From Malacoraja senta (lineage: Eukaryota), in assembly GCA_038087875.1 (NCBI GenBank), contig CM075993.1, positions 870,001 through 934,000 on the forward strand: DNA of 64,000 nt, written 5' to 3'. This document shows positions 38,203 through 52,942 of this stretch, in pieces; position 1 is the stretch's first letter, and the number at the start of each line of letters is the position of its first letter. Under the pieces are notes generated by a model that worked only from the letters and a program-made list of their open reading frames with translations, made no database searches and was not told the origin of the DNA. Made by a program: the position numbers and the translations under genes.

Positions 38203-38620
38203 GTGTTCGCCGAACACCTCCGCTCGGTCCGCATTAACCAACCTGATCTCCCTGTGGCTCAGCACTTCAACTCCCCCTCCCATTCCGAATCCGACCTTTC
38301 TGTCCTGGGCCTCCTCCATGGCCAGAGTGAGGACCACCGGAAATTGGAGGAGCAGTCCCTCATATTCCGCTTGGGGAGTCTGCACTCTAGCGGCATGAAC
38401 ATTGACTTCTCCAATTTCCGGTAGCCCTTGCTGTCTCCTCCCCTTCTCAGCTCTCGCTCAGCCCTCGGGCTCCTCCTCTTCCTTTCTCCTTTCTTCTCTC
38501 CACCCCCCCCCCCCCCACCCTACATCAGTCTGAAGAAGGGTTTCGGCCCGAAACGTTGCCTATTTCCTTCGCTCTATAGATGCTGTCACACCCGCTGAGT
38601 TTCTCCAGCACTTTTGTCTA
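38203..38620 (+). mobile_element. Penelope-like element 3' fragment with hammerhead core
   Basis: RFAEH-type ...VAQHFNSPSHS...LIFRLGSLHSSGMNIDF GIY-YIG tail; CTGAAGA..GAAACGTT at 38530-38557. Confidence 0.85.
38530..38557 (+). ncRNA. Minimal type I hammerhead ribozyme core
   Basis: CTGAAGA-A-GGGT(TTCG)GCCC-GAAAC-GTT. Confidence 0.6.
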
Positions 38621-39204
38621 AGTTTAATTAGGACATGGGTTGGGGATTCATCGTTCCCTCTGCTTTGGGAATACTTCATGCTTGCGGTGTGGACTGAATT
38701 GCGTCGAACTGCAGAGGGGATGGCCAGACCTAGCCGTGTCGGAGCGACAACAGCCACACGACCAATCATCACAAACACAGAGTCTCACTAATAGACTTGT
38801 CTCATTTCATAAAGCACTTCATGGAAATGTCATAGTGTCCGTTCCCAATTACCTTGTAAAACCTTCAAGTCACTGGAGAACATGCATTCAGAATTTATTC
38901 AAGCTTATGCTTGAGTAAGCAGATCTCAAGATATATATATCGCTGACCGACAGCTAGTATGGAATGCATGATTCACACAAGTACGCAGCAACCAAATGGA
39001 ATACTGTACTTGCAGAATCCCGGGCCATGCCATGCCAGGCCAGGCCAGGCCATGTCTGTGATACGCACACTCTACTCTACTCTCTACCCTCCAAATCTAC
39101 GAATGCCAAGGCCCAAATAATATTAGTAAACGTAGCCCAGACCATGGTGGGCTCTCTGGAACGACTCAGAATCACATGGATTGCAACATTACGCCAGACG
39201 CGTG

Positions 39205-39550
39205 TATGTGACACGCATGCATGCATGCACATGTATGTGACCCGTGTGGATGTGCATGCATGCATACACATATATGTGACTCGTGTGGACACGCATGCAT
39301 GCATGCACATGTATGTGACCCGTGTGGATGTGCATGCACATGCATATACCTATATGTGACTCGTGTGGACACACATGCATGCATAAACATGTATGTGACC
39401 TGTGTGGATGTGCATGCATGCATACACATATATGTGACTCGTGTGGACCCGCATGCATGCATAAACATGTATGTGACCCATGTGGGTGTGCATGCACATA
39501 CATACACATATATGTGACTCGTGTGGACACACATGCATGCATAAACATGC
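39205..39550. repeat. 39-bp minisatellite with alternating A/B units
   Basis: TGTGAC(C/T)CGTGTGGA recurs at 39236, 39275, 39314, 39355, 39394, 39433... Confidence 0.9.
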
Positions 39551-42500
39551 AAACACGCATGGGCACACCCATCACTTCTGAAATGATCAGGTCCTTGCAT
39601 TCTAATAAGAATGGTACAATCTTTCAGGACCTTGCTCTAGAACATCGATCAATGTCGTTCACTTAATGCCTCCTCTCATGTAGCTCGGAATATTAAGTTC
39701 TGCCACTTGACCTCATGAATAGCTATGAATATCAACACATAGTCATGAAGCTTTTGTAGCCATCTCCGTTTCAGCTCCATGGACCATTTATCCTCAATCA
39801 TCAGAGCTTCAGACCACCAACCCTGGCCCGACAGGACACAACCCACCCTCCGTTGTGAAGTTCACTGGTGCTTAAAACCACAGGACCATTCTCTCCATTA
39901 AATATCCCCCCACCTCCCCCACCATAAGCAGGCTTAAACTCACCCCTGGCCATGGCCACATGTTCACACACGCACCTTCTACAGCCACCAGGTCAACACT
40001 GTCCACTGGCCCAAGATCAACCGCCCTGACTCAAGGCCATTGAATTCAACTAATGTTGCCCAATGGGGAATGGGGTGACCATTCAACCAGGTCAAACACT
40101 GATACCATGAGCGATCCTGGCCAAGTCAGTAAATCTTGGCCAGGGCATGAGGAGCCCATTGTGATTTACCCGACCTTCTGAGAACAGGGATGGTGAAAGC
40201 TTTGCACTGCGGTTTGGTGTGGTTGACCATGAGTAGGTGTGAGTGTGCCCAGGCCAACAACTGTATCACCTCCCCCCTGGCACCATGGTCTGATGCCCAT
40301 GACTGTAACGGCTCATGGAGGGTGAGATATTGCCAAGTGAGCGATGGAACTGGGGACTTTCGATCATCAGCAAAGAGCAGGAGAAATGTGTTGCGGTCGG
40401 AAGCAGTTCATTCCTTCAAACTAACAGATCCACACAGTTTCACTGTCTGCCCAACTTCCTGTTGTCACCTCCACCAGGGGCCACACACAGTTTAAGAATA
40501 AGGGGTAAGCCATTTAGGACAGAGACAAGGAAACACTTTTTCTCACAGAGAGTGGTGAGTCTGTGGAATTCTCTGCCTCAGAGGGCAGTGGAGGCAGGTT
40601 CTCTGGATGATTTCAAGAGAGAGCTAGATAGGGCTCTTAAAAATAGCGGAATCAGGGGATATGGGGAGGGCACGAATGGGGTACTGATTATGGGGATATG
40701 TGGAGGAAAGGGGTACTGATTGGGGATGATCAGCCATGATCACATTGAATGGTGGTGCAGGCTCGAGGGGCCGAATGGCCTACTCCTGCACCTATTGTCT
40801 ATTGTCTATTGTCCGCCTCTCAGGATTCATATCATGTGTTGCTGGATGGAGACCTCATTGACAAAGCCAACATGTCTTGTCCATCCCTGATCTCCTCTGT
40901 CAGGTCTCCTGTACAATCACACCTTGACCTCAGCTACCTTGAGATCTCTCACCTCACCCCACCTTTCCTTCAAACAAATCGCTTGTATTTTGTGCTGATA
41001 AACATGCCACTAAGCCACGGCACAGTCACAGTCACACAGAGGGCATTAAAGGAGAAAGGCTAACCTTTGCTGGTCAGATGTCGGCTGCTTCCCCTCAGGT
41101 GAGCACAGGTGTCCTTTGGCGCTGGCTGTCCCTATTACAGAGGGAATTCCACTGCTGCTCCTCAGAGACTAACACACAATCTTGTGCATCATCAGAGGCT
41201 TTGGAGGATGGGCAACCAGCCACTCACACGGGCAGAGACAGTGCGGATTCTGTGCGGCTAATATTTAGTGATAATCCACAAGTTCTTTGGCACCTTCCCA
41301 CTGGATGTCTGATGTAACAGGATGACTCCTGGGAAAGAAATTGGATTTGTAAAGTGCTTTTTCACAGCCGCAGCACATCCCAAAACTCCTTCCTGACAGT
41401 CAGTGATATTTTTGACAGATAAAAAGTTGCTGCTACACATATCAACTAAAAATTAAGCTATATTTATCAGCAACATTTCCATCGGTATTCCCAACATTGT
41501 GGAAACTTTAACTAAGTAATATAATAACTCACATCTAAGATTAAACAAATAAGTGTTCTAATTAAGTCACACGTTACCAATTAGCTATGCATGATTAATA
41601 ATTATACATGGAGATGCAAGGAACTGCAGATGCTGGTTTATTAATTAAAACTTGGAGTAACTCAGCAAGTCAGGCAGCATCTCTGGAGGACACGGATAGA
41701 GGACAGTTCAGGTCGGGACGTCTGAAGAAGGGTCCCAACCTGAATCGTTGCCTATCCGTGTTCTCCACAGATGCTGCCTGACCCACTGAGTTACTCCAGT
41801 ATTTTGTGTTTGACCTGATACATAGTGGAGCAGCTAGTATGCCATACTGCCGCATGCAGACACCACAAAACCTCTGCTGCCAACAAAGCCCCTTGAAGTG
41901 TCTTGAGAAGGAATGGGCGACGTTTCGGTTCGAGACCCCCCCCCGCATCAGTCTGAAGAAGGGTCTCGACCTGTAACGTCGCCTACTCCTTCTCTCCATA
42001 GATGCTGCCTCACCCGCTGAGTTCCTCCAGCATTTTTGTCCACTTTGCACTAAACGTTATTCCCTTTATCATGTATCTATACACTGTAAATGGTTTGACT
42101 GTAATCATGTGTTGTCTTTACGCTGACTGGTTAGCACGCAACAAAAGCTTTTCACTGTACCTCGGTACACGTGACAATAAACTCCTCATATATATTTATT
42201 GGATTCAATGGTGAACTAATGAAACATTGCCTGCTGTGCCATCCATTGCTAACATCATTTGCTCTTCTGTCTAATTATCGGTGTTTGAACACATTTTGTT
42301 CCACTTAGTATACAATGTGAAGGTATTATATATCCATATATTCATTACCTGGTAATTACTGTGATCAGAAAACCTTGAATCATAAAAGGCATTTTGGAAA
42401 CATATCAGTTGTGAATCCCAGTGTAATTACTGAAGAGATGATTTGTAATTACAGAGCTCCAGTGAAAAGAGAGGTGAGGCTTCACTGCTCCAAGGAATTT

Positions 42501-45044
42501 CCTGAACTTTGGTCCTATGTTCTGCTGAAGCTACAAGCCCCCATCTCCTTCCCAATCCTTCCACACCCACCCCGAGTCAGACAGCTGACCCGCTGTGTCC
42601 CTGGCCGTGGGCAACAGTAGGGACCGCTGGTTTACTGTGGGCCAATGTAGTGCTTGGGCATGGAACAGCTCTGGGTTGGGGCTGGCCCCTGGGGGGTGTC
42701 CATTCTGGGGGGGGGGCAGGGGTTTGGTGTTAGACACAAAATGCTGGAGTAACTCAGCGGGACAGGCAGTATCTCTGGAGAGAAGGAATAGGTGACCCTT
42801 GTTCAGTCTGGGAGAGGGAGTGCAGAGATATGGAAGGGTAAGGTGTGAAAACGGCAGATCAAAGCAGATGATGATAAGGAAATGTAAAATGGTACATTGT
42901 TAGCTATGGGAAGGTGACAAGGAGGCAGGTTGTAGATACCTGTGTCCTGGGCAGAGGTGGCTGGACAGGAAAATCCTAGACTCCATTGGGAATTAGTTCA
43001 GTTCAGTTTAGTTTATTGTCACGTGTACCGAGGTACAGTGAAAGGCTTTTGCTGCGTTCAAACCAGTCTTGATTACAATCGAGCCATTTACAGTGTACAA
43101 ATACATGAGAAGGAATGGGTGACTTTCGGGTCGAGACCCTTCTTCTGAAGAAGGAATAGGTGACATTTCGGGTTGAGACCCTTCTTCTGAAGAAGGAATT
43201 GGTGACATTTCGGGTTGAGACCCTTCTTCTGAAGAAGGAATGGGTGACGTTTCGGGTTGAGACCCTTCTTCTGATGGTGACATTTCTGAAGAAGGGTCTC
43301 AACCCCAAATGTCACCCATTCCTACTCTGCAGAGATGCTGCCTGTCCTGCTGAGTTACTCCAGCATTTTCAAGTTTCCTTTATTGTCATTCAGACCTTTC
43401 GGTCTGAACGAAATTGTGATGCCTGCAGTCATACACAGAACCAATAATAACAGAACATACAATAAACACAAATTAAACATCCACCACAGTGAGTTCACCA
43501 AGCACATCCTCACTGTGATGGAGGCAAAGTCTTAGTCTCCGTCTCTTCCCTCCTTGTTCTCCCTCTGCGCTGAGGCGATCGATCCAGGCCGAAGATGCCG
43601 CCCTCCAGTCCGGCGGACCTCCGTGGTGATGTCGCCGCCGCCGAAAGCCGGAACGCCGTCTCCGCTCCGAGACGGCCCGCCACAGCATCAGCTCCGGGTC
43701 CCGCAGTCTCCGCTCCGGGCCACCGCTGTGTTATCTTCGGTTTAAACCATCCTACACAAACCTGATAGCTACTCTGGAGAACGTCAAACCTGGCATGGCT
43801 GGCCCATTATTTTCAATGCCTAGAACCCCCTCACTCTCCACTCTGTCTCCCATGGTGACACAATTTGTGATCACCTTCCCTCTGCAAGCTCCTGTCAGCA
43901 TAGTTAGTGCACAAGGACAGAAAGCCCCAGCCTCTCAGCACTGTTCACGGCTATTTGTAACGCAATTGGAACAGTCTTTCTGCCCATTCCTGTTCAGACT
44001 ATTGCTTAACTACAAATTTATCCAAAGATTAAAGGCCTAGGGTCTGCATTTTACAAATGCTAATCTGCTGGTTGTTCTATTAATTGGGTTAATTTCACAA
44101 CTCATTATTTCCACTGTGCCGCAGAGATTAGGCATTGGAAATGTCACACCAATGTTCTTCAAATGTCTTTTGTGATCCTCAGGAGAGTGAACATCAACTC
44201 CCTATGGTGCAGACGGCAAACGACTTAGCTGCTACCATGGCAACACGATAACAACCAAAGATGGCCGCACTAACGCTGTTTCTCCAAGAATACTTAATTT
44301 AACAATGTCTAACTGGAAGGTCAAGCGCTGATTGAATCAGATTACCCACCATATTGAAATAAATATCCTTCATTGTAAGTCTAACTTAAATTGATCACAT
44401 TCACTAACACAAACTCCAGGAATATCCTCGCTTTCTCCCATAACGTTAAGCAATTTTCTCTTTCTTTCCATTCAAGATACTGTGCCCCATTTTACACAAC
44501 CTTGCTCTTGAGTCTGAAGAAGGGTCCCGGCCCGAAATGCTGCCTGTACATTCACTGCCTGACCCGCTGAGTTCCTCCAGCATCTTGTCGATGTAGCCCA
44601 GACCACCCGCGCAAACCAAACTTCTAACCATTGACCCCATCTACACTTTAATCTGCCGTCTCAGTCAAACACTTGTCCTGTCGCAGTCATTCCTTCTTCT
44701 CAGGTTCAGAAGCTTGGAAGCACGCACCACCAGACTCAGGAACAGCTTCTTCCCCTCATGGGTCCTTCCATAAGCGAGGGTACTGTCCAATTCACCTCTA
44801 CCTCATTGTAGACATTGAACATTATCTATGGAACTGGAGCGCTACAATCTTGAAAAACTATATTCTGCACTCTGATGTTGGGGGAGTCCAGAACCAGGAG
44901 CCACAGGTTAAGAATAAGGGGTCGACCATTTGGAACGGAGATGAGGAAAAACCTTTTCACACAGAGAGTGGTGAGTCTGTGGAATTTTCTGCCTCAGAGG
45001 GCGGTGGAGGCCGGTTCTCTGGATACTTTCAAGAGAGAGCTAGA

Positions 45045-46005
45045 TAGAAACATAGAAACATAGAAATTAGGTGCAGGAGTAGGCCATTCGGCCCTTCGAG
45101 CCTGCACCGCCATTCAATGTGATCATGGCTGATCATCCAACTCAGTATCCCGTACCTGCCTTCTCTCCATACCCTCTGATCCCTTTAGCCACAAGGGCCA
45201 CATCTAGCTCCCTCTTAAATATAGCCAATGAACTGGCCTCGACTACCCTCTGTGGCAGAGAGTTCCAGAGATTCACCACTCTCTGTGTGAAAAAAGTTCT
45301 TCTCATCTCGGTTTTAAAGGATTTCCCCCTTATCCTTAAGCTGTGACCCCTTGTCCTGGACTTCCCCAACATCGGGAGCAATCTTCCTGCATCTAGCCTG
45401 TCCAACCCCTTAAGAATTTTGTACGTTTCTATAAGATCCCCTCTCAATCTCCTAAATTCTAGAGAGTATAAACTAAGTCTATCCAGTCTTTCTTCATAAG
45501 ACAGTCCTGACATCCCAGGAATCAGTCTGGTGAACCTTCTCTGCACTCCCTCTATGGCAATAATGTCCTTCCTCAGATTTGGAGACCAAAACTGTACGCA
45601 ATACTCCAGGTGTGGTCTCACCAAGACCCTGTACAACTGCAGTAGAACCTCCCTGCTCCTATACTCAAATCCTTTTGCTATGAAAGCTAACATACCATTC
45701 GCTTTCTTCACTGCCTGCTGCACCTGCATGCCTACTTTCAATGACTGGTGTACCATGACACCCAGGTCTCGCTGCATCTCCCCTTTTCCTAGTCGGCCAC
45801 CATTTAGAAAATAGTCTGCTTTCCTGTTTTTGCCACCAAAATGGATAACCTCACAATTATCCACATTATACTGCATCTGCCAAACATTTGCCCACTCACC
45901 CAGCCTATCCAAGTCACCTTGCAGTCTCCTAGCATCCTCCTCACAGCTAACACTGCCCCCCAGCTTAGTGTCATCCGCAAACTTGGAGATATTGCCTTCA
46001 ATTCC
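45045..46005 (-). mobile_element. CR1-type LINE 3' fragment (RT C-terminus + 3' UTR), inserted into another CR1 tail
   Basis: ORF 45142-45912 (LYRVLVRPHLEYCVQFWSP...RRLRGDLIETYKI...FFTQRVVNLWNSLP); (TTTCTATG)n tail; host CR1 tail at 44875-45045 resumes at about 46015. Confidence 0.92.
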
Positions 46006-46785
46006 CTCAATTCAATAGGGCTCTTAAAGATAGCGGAGTCAGGGGATATGGGGTGAAGGCAGGAACGGGGTACTGATTGTGGATGATCAGCCATGATCAC
46101 ATTGAATGGCGGTGCTGGCTCAAAGGGCCGAATGGCCGACTCCTGCACCTATTGTCTATTGTCTATTGTATCTTCCTCTTTGCTCTGTCAAAGTCAGCTT
46201 TTCAACGGTACTTTGTTGCACGTGACTATAATAGACGTGACCCTTCCTTCAGCCGATCTCACCGTACAATATCTGACATCTACTTCCAACCGCATTATCT
46301 TCCTTAGCCTTGTGTTTCTCCAAATATACAGCTTTGTAAACTCATGCTTGGCTTCACCTAATCAATACTTCCTCATCCATGGTAATTTTCTTCTGTTTTC
46401 GACTTTAATAGGCCTTTCCCATTGCCTGGGCTCGTTAACAAAGGAAATCCTGTCAGCCAATTTAACTGGGAATCTAAAGATTTTTGAAGACAGATATTCC
46501 CAGTTTCTCCTGGACTGGATGGTCTCATTGAAATGACCAATCTAAATGTCCTAGTTAATTACCTCTGCAACCAGGCTTGCTCCGCCAATCTGTGTGAGAG
46601 TCAGTTCCGTGACGTGCAGTCAGTATCTTTGGCAGATAAAACAGGAACAAGTTTTGATGCAGCGTTAATGATCTCGGCAGTGACACCAGCACATGCACGA
46701 CAGGATGGCGGCTGTTTCATCTTTCACTCTGTCCCAACCTTGGCACAAATCCTTCAACTCCCAAAATGACAATTAAATTCCTTGG

Positions 46786-47160
46786 TAGACAAAAGTGCTG
46801 GAGAAACTCCACGGGTGAGGCAGCGTCTATGGAGCGAAGGAAATAGGCCACGTTTCGGGTCGAGACCCTTTTTCAGACTGATGAGGGGATGGGGGGGGAG
46901 GGGGGCGGGAAGAAGAAAGGAAGGGGCGGAGACGGTGGGCTGTGGGAGAGCTGGGAAGGGGAGGGGAAAGAAAGAGAAAGCAGGGACTACCTGAAATTGG
47001 AGAAGTCAATGTTCGTACCGCTGGGGTGCAAACTGCCCAAGCGAAATATGAGGTGCTGCTCCTCCAATTTGCGCTGAGCCTCACTCTGGCCATGGAGGAG
47101 GCCCAGGACAGAAAGGTCGGATTCGGAATGGGAGGGGGAGTTGAAGTGCTGAGCCACCAG
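46786..47160 (-). mobile_element. Penelope-like element 3' fragment
   Basis: VAQHFNSPSHSESDLSVLGLLHGQSEAQRKLEEQHLIFRLGSLHPSGTNIDF plus terminal repeat. Confidence 0.85.
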
Positions 47161-50100
47161 GAGTATTTCCTTCCTCATCTCTCCACATGTCCTAGTCCTT
47201 AAAATACTTCTTCTCACCCATTGACTGAGTAATTTTCTTTATTTCAATAATAACCTTTATTCCTAATTAAAAATATGTACAAAAGAAAAAAACAGGTCAA
47301 ACTCTCGATGTACTCTTAAGATTCTCAAGAATAAGTTTCTACATTCTTAAGACTTGTCTACACTGGCCATTCCTTCTTATAGAATCTTATAGAAACAGAT
47401 AACATTCTTAAGAGATTAGACAGGCTAGATGCAGGAAAAATGTTGCCGATGTTGGGGGAGTCCAGAACCAGGGGTCACAGTTTAAGAATAAGGGGTCGGC
47501 CATTTAGGACTGAGATGAGGAAAAACCTTTTCACCCAGAGAGTTGTGAATCTGTGGAATTCTCTGCCACAGAAGGCAGTGGAGGCTGATTCACTGGACGT
47601 TTTCAAGAGAGAGTAAGATATAGCTCTCAGGGCTAACGGAATCAAGGGATATGGGGAGAAAGCAGGAGCAGGGTACTGATTTTGGATGATAAGCCATGAT
47701 CATATTGAATGGCCTACTCCTGCACCTATTTTCCATGTTTCTTCTCCCTGCTCCTGCATGGCAGAATGTGCAGGAGCTTGAAAGCATCATCAGACTTAGG
47801 AACAGCTTCTTCCCTGAAGTTATCCCACCACCTGACTGCAGAGTGTGGTGGTCACCAGGGCTTCCTCATGACCAGGTCATGGCCCCTGAAGGGCTGCTGG
47901 TGTCCACGGACTCAGCTCATGACAAGGTGGGCAATTCCACACACAGTGCGGCAGCCCCTGTGGCAGGATAATGACCACAACCATTTCAGAAGACAAATGT
48001 TTTTGTGAGTTCTTGTGTGGGTGGAATGCCTCTTTGATGAGTCGGGCCGATATGGGTCGACACAACATGTCGTGTTTTGTGGTCCCATGTGTCTAATAGA
48101 ACAAGCTTTGGCTCTCCGCATCAGACAATTACTGTCACCAGGAAAGGCAACCAGAGAGGAGAGGTCAAAGGGCATTTTCACCGCAACCCAACATCACCAG
48201 TGGATTTAATGCAGGGTGGACCACAAATGAGCCTGTGAGCAGATTGGAAATCTGTCTTGGCTGCTCACCGCCTCATCACAGAACCAAATGCCTGGCATAG
48301 AGACTCAGTCACGTGTCAAATATTCAGCGTGGCACCAAGCTGCAACCTGTCGTCTGTCCTTAATCGCTCGATGTTCTCTCTGATGCAGCTCCAGTAACAG
48401 CCGAGCACAGCAGCGGGTAGTGCACGCTACGGATACACCGTGCGTAACAGGAGCATCCGTAGAGCAAAGTTGAAATGGAAGTGTCACGCTCATTAATCTC
48501 TGGGCTGGGGGCAGGAAACATGTGAGCCCACCCCCTCTCTCTCTCTCTCTCTCCCCACTGCTGGCATCTTGCCTTCTACCTGTGGCCTGGCACTCCAGCC
48601 TCCAATTCCCAAACCGCACCAGTGTTTCCGCCAAACGGCAACGCTCACAGGAAATACAGTCATCGCAACCTCTCCCCAAGGCGGCTATTAAACTGGGCCA
48701 GTGGCAGAGACAGTTCCCAGAGACAAGCTGCATTGTCAATGCCTGGAGCTTCAAGAAAACTCTATTTCCCAAAGCTGCCAGATAACGTTTTCAATGAATT
48801 CTCAGCAGCCTGAGGAAAATAAGAATCTGAATTGTTGAGGAATAAAATGATCTTAAAGTGCAAATACATAAATCACCAGAGTTAGCTACGTCAATTAATT
48901 ATGGCACGAAAAATCAGTCCAGGAACCAGAGCTCATTTCTAAAGGGATACAATTGAAAGCACAGGATCCAATCCAGCCTTTCTTTCAATACCTTGCAATG
49001 CTGGGACAATTCTGCTTGGCATATTGTGAAAAGGATATGCTAATACAGCTGAGCTACAATATAGATTTACAAGTGTAGTTATTTCTTTCAGGAGAGACTG
49101 CACGCACTGAAGCTCTTGCCCACTGTAACATTAGTCAATGAGTTTTTTTTAAATTCTCAAGGTTTTGACGGCCACCAACCCAAGGCCACCAAGAAATCAC
49201 ATCAGGATTTCAGCACAAAAGTCGTTACCAATGAGAATCGTAGTGTCATATGGCACAGAATCAGGCTATTCGGCCCACCTTGTCCATGCTGGCTCCCGTG
49301 TCCATCTACACTAATCCCATCCTGGCGCCAACCTACGACAGCACCTACGTCAGGAGAAGTCAAGCTACGCTCATTGGCGTCAAGCCAACTGTCGTCGAAA
49401 AGTTTCGAACATTTCAAAATCCAGCGGTGACCAGAAAGACACTACGATTCTTTGGGCGACTGAGGAGATGACTCACGACCATACAGGCGACACCCCGGTG
49501 ACCATGTGGCAACAGCCTAGTCGCCTATTGTCGCCTAAAAGATCGCCAAAGTGTGACTGGCCCATAAAGACCCATAGCTGGAAAACGGACACATTTGTCT
49601 CCTACTGACTAAGTGCCTGCACCTGACGCAACGCGGAGAGGTCCCGCCATCTTGCACCTCATAAAGGCCAAATAAATGAAGGGTGAGGATGTGCTTGGCA
49701 GCTGCGAGTCACCACATTCATTGGGAATTGACCATGTGCTGGTGAGCAGCTTGGTATTAAAGTGCCCTCACACACAAGTGGGGAGCAGATCCCATTGAGA
49801 GCTATTTCATCCCCAAAACAACTGTTAACCTTCACAGTGGTGGAAAAATCCATTAAAACATTGCAATTTCTTTCATAATTGCAGTGAGAAAATTTCCAAT
49901 TCAGAGGCGGTTTCACAAGCACTAAACTCAATTTGTGACCTGACCTAATTTAAAACTCGACCATGATTCTGTGCAGCGAGCTGCATCTTCATTTAAAGGT
50001 TGTATTTGCCCAAGGAGTGTACAGACTGTCAATTGCTTCAGACCCCTTGAGTCCCGGGCTTATCTTTGTCCTCTGTAGGTAAGGGGGAGTGCAGGAGTTA

Positions 50101-50401
50101 CGCGGGGATCTGAGCTGCAGTGGTGGGCTCCAACAGACTCCAGGCTAACACTGGGGCAAGTGTGCTCAAACTGTGACAAGCTGTGCGGGCCACAAAGAAA
50201 TGTTGATGCTGGGTTTATAATTTTTAAAATGACACACAGTACTTGAGTAACTCAGTGAGTTCAATACTGTCTTGTACATTGCACAGTACAATTACTTTCA
50301 CACAGCTCACACGTACACAAGTCACCATAGTTTGGCGGCAGTTACAAAAGAAAAACTCTAAAGTCTGGTCCACATGCTGGAAGTACAGGAGCTCGCCCGA
50401 T

Positions 50402-50481
50402 CCAGGTAAGCCCAGGTAAGCCCAGGTAAAACCAGGTAAGCCCAGGTAAAACCAGGTAAGCCCAGGTAAGTCCAGGTAAGC
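50402..50481 (+). repeat. 10-bp tandem repeat CCAGGTAA(G/A)N x8
   Basis: Direct inspection. Confidence 0.95.
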
Positions 50482-50619
50482 CCCAAGCTGCTAAAGGACC
50501 TCCTCCATCGCCCTCGACAGGCTATGCCCACAAACCAATGCCCCTTTCCTCATCCGACTACCTCTGTATCCCGGGAGGATGCCTCCTGCAGTCAGTTTGA
50601 ACATAGAAACAGAGAAAAG

Positions 50620-51132
50620 TAGGTGCAGGAGTAGGCCATTAGGCCCTTCGAGCCAGCACCGTCATTCAATATGATCCTGGCTGATCATCCACAATCAGTA
50701 CCCCATTCCTGCATTTTCCCCATACCCTTGATTCCTTTGGTCCTAAGGGCTAAATCTAACTCTTTCTTGAAAACATCCAGTGAATTGGCCTCCACTGCCT
50801 TCTGATGCAGAGAATTCCACAGATTCACAACTCTCTGGGTGAAGAAGTTTTTCTCATCTCAGTCCTAAATGGCCGACCCCTTATTCTTAAACTGTGACCC
50901 CTGGTTCTGGACTTCCCCAACATGGGGAACATATTTCCTGCATCTAGCCTGTCCAATCCATTAAGAATGTTATATATTTCTATAAGATCCCCTCTCATCC
51001 GTCTAAATCCAGTGAATACAAGCCCAGTCGACCCATTCTTTCATCATATGTCAGTCCCCGCCATCCCGGAAATTAACCTGGTGAACCTACGCTGCTGCAC
51101 TCCCTCAATAGCAAGAATGTCCCTCCTCAAAT
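50620..51132 (-). mobile_element. CR1-type LINE 3' fragment
   Basis: Reverse-complement match to the CR1 RT C-terminus and 3' UTR seen elsewhere in the window. Confidence 0.8.
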
Positions 51133-51321
51133 GGAGGTGACACCCCGGCCCACTCCTCACGTATCCTCCACTCTCTTGTCTTCAAGGCTGAGCTCAGCGG
51201 CTACCGAGCTCGGCCATGAAGGTTATCAGCCAGGAACGACAACCGCTTCCTGCCGGACCCGTGGAGAATCGAAAGCATTCTCTTTCAGATTTCCAGCATC
51301 TTCAGGATTTGTGAAGCTTTT

Positions 51322-52942
<1,621 letters not shown>

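Noticed and set aside
7862..43320. Tandem repeats (43, 33, 39, 42, 66 bp) as CRISPR arrays
   Set aside because: Head-to-tail units with no unique spacers, no cas genes, eukaryotic context.
48305..48772. 155-aa minus-strand ORF and other unique-sequence ORFs near 36700 and 38640
   Set aside because: No recognisable protein family and no consistent splice structure.
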